Shown here piece by piece: positions 55,201-64,000 of a stretch of 64,000 nucleotides of DNA (its first letter is position 1; each line of letters begins with the position of its first letter). The position numbers and the translations under genes are program-made. The notes under the pieces were generated by a model. That model searched no databases. It had not been told where the DNA came from and saw only the letters and a program-made list of their open reading frames with translations. The DNA comes from Auanema rhodensis (taxonomy: Eukaryota; Animalia; Nematoda), in contig OZ059895.1 in assembly GCA_964057225.1 (NCBI GenBank), forward strand, positions 17,050,001-17,114,000, written 5' to 3'.

Positions 55201-57607
55201 ATGTTCTATTTCTCAATTCTAAATAACGGTTTTAAAGGTCCGGTGAATTCTGTGAAGAAGTTTGTCCACCTGGTACTTGGGGAGCTGCTTGTGCTCAGAA
55301 ATGTGATTGTGCTGAAGGTCATATGTGAGTTTAGCACATTCTTAAGTTATTTCAACTCTTCATTTAGCTGTGATCCTGCTTCCGGAGTTTGTAGCTGTGA
55401 ACCTGGCTTCCAGGGTTCATCCTGCGAACAGCGTTAGTGAAATAATTTTTTGTATTCTTTATATCTTTCTGAATTTTAGCATGTATCAATGGAACGTGGG
55501 GTGTTGGATGCTCTAATGCCTGTCCTGAGTGTTCAAGCGGATCTCAATGCAGTCCGATTGACGGTCAGTGTCGCTGTCCACCAGGACGTGAAGGACGTTT
55601 ATGTGATCGAAGTAAGTTAGTTCATACATGACAAAGGAACATGTGTACTTTCAGTTTGTGTGCCCGGTACATGGGGATTAAAGTGTTCCAAAGAATGTAA
55701 ATGCACATCTGAATACAAACAATGTGATCCAGTAACTGGAGATTGTGCTTGTCCCGCTGGTTGGCAAGGTGATAGGTGTGATGTCGAATGTGAAAGTGGA
55801 TTTTACGGGCCAGATTGTATACAAAAATGTCGTTGCCGGTAAGCTGTTGTGCGACCTGTTAGTATTTGACACTTTTTTCTTCAGAGGTACTTCAACTGCT
55901 AGTTGCCACCGTATTACCGGAGAATGTCATTGTCACCCAGGTTTTACTGGAGAATTCTGTCATGCCCGTAAGAATTAATGGTTTTCACTTAGTTTTAACA
56001 CTTAATGTTTCAGTTTGCCCTCTTGGTGCATTTGGCCTTCGCTGTTCTCGAGAATGTGGAGACTGTGGTGAGGGCTATGAATGTGATGCAGCCATTGGTT
56101 GCTGTCATGCTGATCAGATTAGCTGTGGACAAGCTTGTGAGTTATCTAAAGACTAGCTCAAGTTCGTTCATCGCTTACATTTTGCAGTAATTGAATTCCA
56201 AAAAATGGAAGGAGGTAATACTGGTAGACGTTCTGCTCTCGTAATTCTCAGTGCCATCATACTAGCAGCTTTGTCTGTACTTTTGATATCATTAGTCTTC
56301 TATTATAGAAGAAAATATCAGAAAGAGAAAGACCCCAACTTACCAACCGTTCAGTATGTGTTAGCTTGTTTTGATCATTTCTATTTTTCCATTTCTAGTT
56401 ATTCACCTAATGATGAGTTAGCTAATGAGTTTAACAACCCTCTGTACATGACTAGGCAATCTGTGGTTGATATTCCTCGTGATGGCCTTCTCACAGAAGA
56501 AGAAGAAGAATTGGAAAACCGCAAAATTCGCGGATATACAAGTCAAGACAAATCAAGTAACTTGCTCAAATTGAAGAATATCAATATATGATCTTACTTT
56601 CAGATGATTACGCTGCGCTGGACGATATTGGAGGACCAACAGGCGGAAGATCACCGTGTACGGTTCCGCTTTTAGACAATGCGGAAGCCGATGATAATGA
56701 GTCATCCAGTTGAGCCAAATGCATGCCCTCTTTATCCGTCAACGTAATCACACCTCTACCTCACCTTTGTGTCCTATATCTAGTCAGTCAGTCTGTCTGT
56801 TTTTCCCTCGTCTCTTCCTTTGAATCACAATTTTGCACGATAACTAACCTTTTCCCTTTGTGTTTGAAAATATTCAGTTCATTGGTGAAGGTTTACGTTC
56901 AAAGTATAATGCATGAACTTAGATTCTTACAGGCTTTTAGAATTTCTAATCTTAAAATTTCATGGATATCTATAATTGACGTGAAAGCTATTTTCAATTC
57001 TATCTCTATATGCTTACTTGCTTTTATCTAATGGCTGTATTAACTGCTACATCGCTTCGGTTTTTTTCATATACAGCTTCGTTTTTTCGGGACTGGATCC
57101 GGCATCAATTGGCTCAATGAAATGACGATTATCAGAGGCTTACGCCCTGCTTAAATATATTTTATAACTGAATATGATCTTTTGATTATAAGTTGCAAAA
57201 GCAGCTGTATTTCTCCGACTGGCTGAACGTTTTCGTTTGCGAATATCGCTCGGCTTTAAAACAATGCTTCGTGCCTCTCAAACCAATAAAATGAAAAGTT
57301 TAAAATTGAAAAATAGCCATTAATATGGTAGTGAATTAGCTGTAAAGCACATCACACTGTGTACCCCTAGTTGTTTTCCCTCCGACTTTTCCATATATGT
57401 CGTTGTCCAAAATAAGCAATTCATCTTCGTTCAATTTCTTTAACGCTTCTCTTTACAGATGAATATGAAACGCCACAATATAAGCCGAATTCCCAAGGTC
57501 CTAAAAAGGATGATGGCGATGGCGATTCTGGGAATAGTGGAGCCGGTACCAGCGGCACTAGTCGACACAAAGCTCAAGAAAACGTTTATAATGATGGACC
57601 TCTCTAG
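52244..57607 (+). CDS. ced-1: CED-1/Draper/MEGF10 engulfment receptor, multi-exon
   Basis: Signal peptide [22 protein letters not shown] domain (GPNVC...CCEGY), many EGF/laminin-like repeats, [36 protein letters not shown] and YAAL motifs. Stop either at 56711-56713 or, via exon 57459-57607, after [12 protein letters not shown]. Confidence 0.93.
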
Positions 57608-58492
57608 ATAAGTTAGTAATATTTTCTTCAATTATGTCATACATAGCTCATATCAAAGATATTATTTTCAAAACGTTTTTTAAGTTCTTTATAACATTCC
57701 TGTTTCTTGTCATTGGTCTAGTCTGATCACCTTTTTTGAGTTTGTATTTTAAAGCCAATTGAGATTTTTCGCTTCTACTTTACCTTCCCGTACCCTCTCT
57801 AACCCGTGAAAGCCGGTATCCTGTTGTTAGGAAACTTTTCTTCATTTATCGGTTATAACATCAATTTCTCACTTTCTTTAGTTACTTTACAGTATTTCAA
57901 GCCAAACACAGGCTTTAGATATGTATAGGGTATCATCTTATGTGAATTTTACTAATTTTTGTTTTTTAACCAACATTTGCTTGTTCTATTCTGTTTTTAG
58001 TATATATGATCCTTTAAAATGAGAATCGAGAAGATTATGATTGAAACGTGTATTGTGTAAGCATATAACGAGGTTTTTTTTGTTTAACAAACAGCTGATT
58101 TCATGCTATCAGGTTATATCCGCATAAAACTGTATAATATGGAATAAATATTATTTTTTTTCAATATTGAGAATATGTTTTTTTCATATTTGTAAATGGA
58201 TTGATATGTGTAATATGATTGAGAAGAGATAGAACATCATAAAAATAAAATAAAAATGATTTCATTATCGTTTTTTCATCAATGTACAATACCCGAACTA
58301 TTGATTGACTTCAAATAAAACGTATGGCAAAATAAGTAAAAAGATGAAAATGTTAAGTTCAATTTCCTATAGTCATAATTCCTATGACGGAAAAAAAAGT
58401 ATAAACTTCTGTACAGCATAAAATTTGAAGAAATAAAGTGGAATGGTATGATTTCAAATTAAAAAAAACCTAAATGTACAAGCCTACTGTTT

Positions 58493-60441
58493 TCACGCAG
58501 GGCATTGACTGTTGTTAGAGTAAGATGCACCATTGCTTTCTATCCTGAAAATAAAACTTTTTTAATAGAGCATAGCAATAGTATCAGAGAATATTTTCCA
58601 AAGTTCCATGTTATTTCAATATTTGATTCAAATTTTCAAAAAAATCTCTTATCATTTTCAAAATTTAAATATAAGAGAACGGTTGCAATTGCGTGAAAAA
58701 AATTCTATCCCAGTTTTCCTTTAGAGATGAGAGACTAACCTGACATCCCCTTTTTCTGTATTCTCTGTATTATCCGTATGTTGTGTATTCTGAGTATTCT
58801 GAGTATTCTGAGTATTCTGTGTATTCTGTGTATTCTGTGCATTCTGTACATTCTGTGTATCCTGTCGATCCCTATTTTGTTTGAAAAGTTTATTGTCGTA
58901 ACTCCTATTCGGAGCACCAGGAGCATCCGGCACTATGGTCACAGTAAATCCTCGTCTATCAAGTAAACTAAAAAATGAAAATTATATATGTAATCATATC
59001 AATTTTTTATAAAATACCTAGGTAATTCCGGTTTGCATAAAGTAACAAAACAATTATGAAAGAGAGTTGGTTGATTATATGGGTTAACAACGTTTGGACG
59101 TCGTTTCGTGTTGTAAGTATCTTTAATCTGGAAATGTTCAGACAAATAAGAACACAGAAATAATTGAATTTTACCTCTTCATTAGTAGTTTGATTGGTAG
59201 CTATAAGATATGTATGAAAGCCGGATAAACATAAGGTTGACCTGAACAACAAAATAAATAATAAGATTTAAGCGTTTGAAAATTACCAGATGGCAAAAAA
59301 GCAAATGAGTGAAACTACCATAGAAACAGGTGATTTTCTGACAGCATCCAAAAATTGCCTTTCTTCATTGGACACTGAAAAATAAAAAAAAATGTAAATA
59401 AAGTAATTAAAAAAAGAATTAATCTTACATAATACTAAATGAGTGACAGAACATCCAAAAATGAATAAAATTAAAACAGTTAGTGAGGTAGTGAAAAAGT
59501 AAAAATATCGATAATTCCTTGCTCCGACACAATTTCCTACCCAAGGACCTGGAATATAAAAAGGTTATGAACATCGTATAAATATGAAATAATGCTTACA
59601 GTGATGATCAAAATTTAAAACACAATTATCACAAATTGAACAATGTGTACTACGAGGAGGCCGAAAAAACTGGCAAGTATGGCAATACTTTAATCTAACA
59701 CTCTGTCCATTAACAGTCACCTAAAACAATTGAAAACTTAAATAGTTAGAGAAAAAGAGTATACCTGCTTGCTGCTCAAGGGGTTTCTTGCTGCTGGAGC
59801 AGTCTCCGGATTATAATTTGGATCAGCAAACGCTTCTGAAATGAGAATGTTAGAATTATGAACAAAAGCAGAATAACTATAGTACCTTCACGCGCATACT
59901 GTCCTATTTTCAAAGCTTCTGCATATGATGCTCGAGGTAAGATTCCAGGATCAGAAAATGAAGTTTTAAGCAAATTAATCATAACTATCATGAATAAAGC
60001 TGCACCAATAAATGGTAGTACAGGCGATACTGAGTCAAACAAAAATGGACACCTGAATAATAAGCGTGGTGATATTTCAAGATTAAATAGAACTGACTCA
60101 AAAACAAAAAATAATGTCATGGTTGCTGATATGAGAAATAAAGTGAGAGGCAAAACAGATATACTCCTAGAGATCATGATCTGAAATTAAAATGTAAAGA
60201 AAGAGCGCAAAAGGTGAGAAAAGCTTTAAGTGCTTTCACAAAATGTCAACAGTCATCTCTACAACAACATAAAAAAAGAGATAAAACATACTCGGCCATC
60301 ACAAAAAAATCGGTTATTGCCTGAATGTAATCTCCATTTTCTTGTTAATTTACGGTTAGCTGGAGATGCTGCTTGAGCAGCAGCAGCAGCTTGTCGAGCT
60401 ACATACCGGTCTACGAGATCCTCCGTTGCGACTGTTGACAT
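58493..60441 (-). CDS. dhhc-2: DHHC palmitoyltransferase of the ZDHHC9/14/18 (Erf2) class
   Basis: [79 protein letters not shown] and LLDRRG. An in-frame upstream exon at 61880-61793 (..MPE joins AMSTV) may extend the N-terminus. Confidence 0.88.
58755..58860 (-). repeat. Coding 9-bp tandem repeat (CAGAATACW) encoding (QNT)n in the DHHC C-terminal tail
   Basis: Translation [34 protein letters not shown]. Confidence 0.9.
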
Positions 60442-63400
60442 GGCCTCTGAAATGAAATCGTTTAGTGACGGCAGCTAAAACATGCAAATTTGATGTGCAT
60501 GGCCATACGAACGGGAAATGTTTTGGAATGCAATAACGATGTACTTTTGATATTGGGGAATCATCGTGTAGGGTGATTCAAATTCTCCAACTAGGCGAGA
60601 GAGGGAGAGAGCAGGAAATGAGGTAAGCTATTGATATGACAAAGCAAATATGCTTGAAATCAGAGAAATCTAGTTAGTTATGCGATAGTAAAAATGATAA
60701 CAACCGATATAATCTGGTTAATTAAGATTTCCACTGAAAAATATATAACAGCGTGGGAAATAGAACGGGAACCCTAAAATTAGAGAAGAGAATATTACAG
60801 AAATTGGCAAAATTAACAATCAGTTCTTAAGGTTCTTTAAACATGATTGCAGTAAAAAAAAGAAAATAGATAAAAGCTTAACAGAAGGGTGTAGGAAAAT
60901 ATCGATAAAGCAGAAAGACGAAATCTCCCATGAGAGGAAGAAAAGATGAATAAGCTCAGGAAGTTTACTCTCCGGAGTATCTTTGAAGGAAAATGTAAAG
61001 TAAAACGACATGTCTGAAGAGAAATATCGTTTATGAATTTAATGAAAACTAAAGAAACATGTAGTTAAAGAACACGAAAGAGCAAGAAGGGGAACAGAAC
61101 GGAGCAAATAGCAGCCTGGCTTCACGACAAAAGAAACAAAAAGAAGATATGTTGAAGTGAAGAGATCTCTTAAGTGTCTTGATTCGTTTTATAATTTTTA
61201 AAAAGTAAAAAAGATTTAGGGACATTGAAAGTTGTTAAGTAGATAGAAAATGGTTGGTCTCAACTTGTTTTTAGAGAAAAAAGCACAAAATTGTCTAGTT
61301 TGTTGAAACAAAGAATGATATGAGGAGAGTACTGGTTCTATGCCAAGAGAAAGAGAAAGCGAAATATAGAGAAAGGTAGAAAGGAAAACGGAAATATGAG
61401 GGTGAAAGAGATAGGAATGAAGGACCAAACGTAGAGGGTAACAGAGGGAAAAAGTAGAGAGTAAGGGAGGGTGAAAGGTACGGCGGCTGTATGGGAAAAG
61501 GGGAATGGGAAACGAAGATAGGTATGAAGCCTTACTGCAAGAAGAAAAGAGAGGGAGGGAACAGCATACATTTTCTAGATGCTAATTAGAGCTTACATAA
61601 TGAAAAGTACATCTTTTCAGTTAAAAGACTAGTGACAAAAATATTCTAGAGTTTCTAGTAGTACGATAATGGTATGCAGACTGTCGGCTTATACGATTTG
61701 AGGGCATACTATTATCGAGCATTTACTATGTATTCAAAAGATATTTATGCAGATTCAGATGAAAAATTAAAATAGCTAAATTAATCGACTACCTGGCATT
61801 GAATCGTCAGTAAGGACGCACAGAGAAGGCGATGAAGTAGCTGAAGCAGCCGAACATAGGCCAACAACCTCTTCCGATAACTGAAAATAAAATATTATAA
61901 GAAAATTAATAATTAGGCTTCATAGGAAAGAGCAGATGTGTAATAGATAGATGACACCGATTATAAAAGCTTTTCATACTCATATAGCAAGTAGAATTTC
62001 AAAGACGGATGCTAACTCTTTCCGGAGCACACGCACGTCTATGTTAAGATTCAATTAATTGGCTTTAGAATACGAATGAAGAAGGCATCTTTACTACTTT
62101 GACGCACGAAAAGTTAGTTTTTCCAGAAATATAATATGTGACACTAGGTAGCATTGATATAACACAGTATAACCTAATAAGCAATAAGAGAGCGACGGGA
62201 ACAATATTATATGAAGAAAAACGATTGTATATGAGAGAGATATCGAGAGAGAATGGAATAGAGAGTGAAATAAAGAGAAAGAGAGAGATATGTTGAGAGA
62301 GAGAGAGAAAGAGAGAGATAGAGAGAGAATATATGACAGAAGAGGTTAAGGAACAAATAAAAAAAATATATGAGGAAAATAGCGTAAAAGGATAGGAGAT
62401 ATGAATGCAACCAGCATGTAGTGTGTCTGCTTTTTTTACGTGAAACTCACGTATACGAAATGAAACGTATGCAAATTTCACGAAGTAGCAGAGATAAGTG
62501 TTGTAGGCTAAATTGAAAAAAAGAAGAGGAAAACAAGAGTGAAAGAGTAAGATGTTTTGTTGAAAAGAACGAAAGACAAAAATCTAGCGTACATTTCTTA
62601 CATAGTGAAGAGATTTGGCATTGTATGAAAGAGCAACAAAAACTTTACCATATTTTGAGGGGAAAAAATCGAATTTGACAGTTCAAAATATGAAGAGTTT
62701 TAACTAACGTACATGGTAATTGATGATTTTATAACGAAAAAAAGCACATGTTTACGCGCAAATACAACAAGTTCGTGGTGAGGAAGAAGATGAATAATGA
62801 CACTGGAAAAGAATACGGATTGTGGTATAGCAAAACGAAAAAGGAAGTCAAGGACAAACTTTAGTCAAATATTCAATGGTCCAACCTCGTAGAAAATAAA
62901 AACGACGGGAGCTACGAATATTCAATTAATATTGATAACGGTTTTTGGCGGTTCTGATATAATTTGTGAACTGGCAAATAAGAGCCGAGCAAAAAGAATA
63001 AAGCTTGTATAATGATCTTTGGGTTTGTGAATTAGTGTGACATGCTAGAAAAATGACTAGAGACATTAGAACATGGGGAGTAAGAGCGAGATAGATAGCT
63101 GGATAGATAAATAGATAGATAGACAGACAGATGAGCCGTGAATCAAAGTTTTCAGATAAGGATGTTAGAAAGTTGTTTTGGTCTCTGCACCGTGTATCAA
63201 CAGGCAGACTTTATTTGGAACAGAAGCTCACATGAGAATCGCTCTCACTCTTTCCCTCTCTATACAAGCCCTGCAGCAGAAGAAAAAAATGATTTATCGA
63301 AAAAAAACGAAAGGACAATCGTATTGATAGAAAGAATGAATAGAGTTTGTGTGGAAAGAATAAAGAGAAACGTAAAAAGGAATAGATTAGGACCACATAT

Positions 63401-64000
63401 CTACATAGAAAAACTAGCAGTCTTAACTTGAACGAAGAAGACGCTATACACTATAATGTCTTATTCATATTATTACACTTTGCGTTAGAATTATTAGTCG
63501 CGAGGAAGGAAATATTATCTTTCAAGCAAACTTATTATATCTATAAGCGTAAAGTTCAGCGATTTCATTCAATGAGATGGGAATTAGGAGATAGAATGAT
63601 ACATAATGAGAATAAATGAGAGAGAGAGAGAAAGAGAGAAAGAAAGAGGGAGGGGGTTGATTTTGAAAAAATAAAAAAAACAAGTACGAGCAATGTTGCT
63701 CAGTTGAATAGCTTGAAATTTACTAAACTTCTGAACAATATGAATGAAACTGTGACGTCATATACGTTTGAAAAAAACAGAAAAATGAAGATGTCGTTCA
63801 ATGATGAATGAAAGAACTACTTGGCACATTAGGCTAAGTTGAAAAGCAAAACATATTCAATGTATGTGACAGAATACAACCGAATTTGGTTAGGAAACAT
63901 GAAAAGAGTATTTAATACGAGAAGAAATTTAAAATATAGACAATGTAAATAAAAGAAAGATGAAACGCAACATGAAGTGTGAGATGCATTAGCAGTTTTG

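Noticed and set aside
57119-57170. In-frame TGA followed by NDDYQRL (YxxL), suggesting stop-codon readthrough in ced-1
   Set aside because: No readthrough context (not TGA-CTA) and the exon itself is unsupported.

Overview
AT-rich eukaryotic DNA from a rhabditid (clade V-like) nematode, judged from TTTCAG-type acceptors, mostly ~40-55-nt introns and proteins close to C. elegans. The ORF track is mostly noise, so genes were rebuilt by hand from splice sites. Left to right: the 5' part of lin-10 (-), divergent from mau-2 (+); ins-18 (-, three exons, 7.6-kb first intron), divergent from a DEG/ENaC channel resembling del-4 (+); a small four-TM protein (+); eya-1 (+, two candidate first exons); a secreted His-rich protein with multiple chitin-binding domains (-); two tandem START-domain genes (-); ceramide synthase lagr-1 (+) with an antisense intronic tRNA-Ala(AGC); an AT-rich island with a minisatellite and an orphan reading frame; ced-1 (+) with alternative C-terminal exons; and the DHHC palmitoyltransferase dhhc-2 (-). 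Gene names are from recalled similarity to C. elegans proteins, not a database search. No prokaryotic-type systems or intact transposons were seen. The best leads are an unassigned GC-rich structured element between lin-10 and mau-2, a 488-bp identical tract between otherwise diverged START paralogs, a dispersed ACGTGA-cluster motif, ced-1 tail isoforms and two H/ACA-like candidates. I cannot confirm a novel system from the sequence alone.
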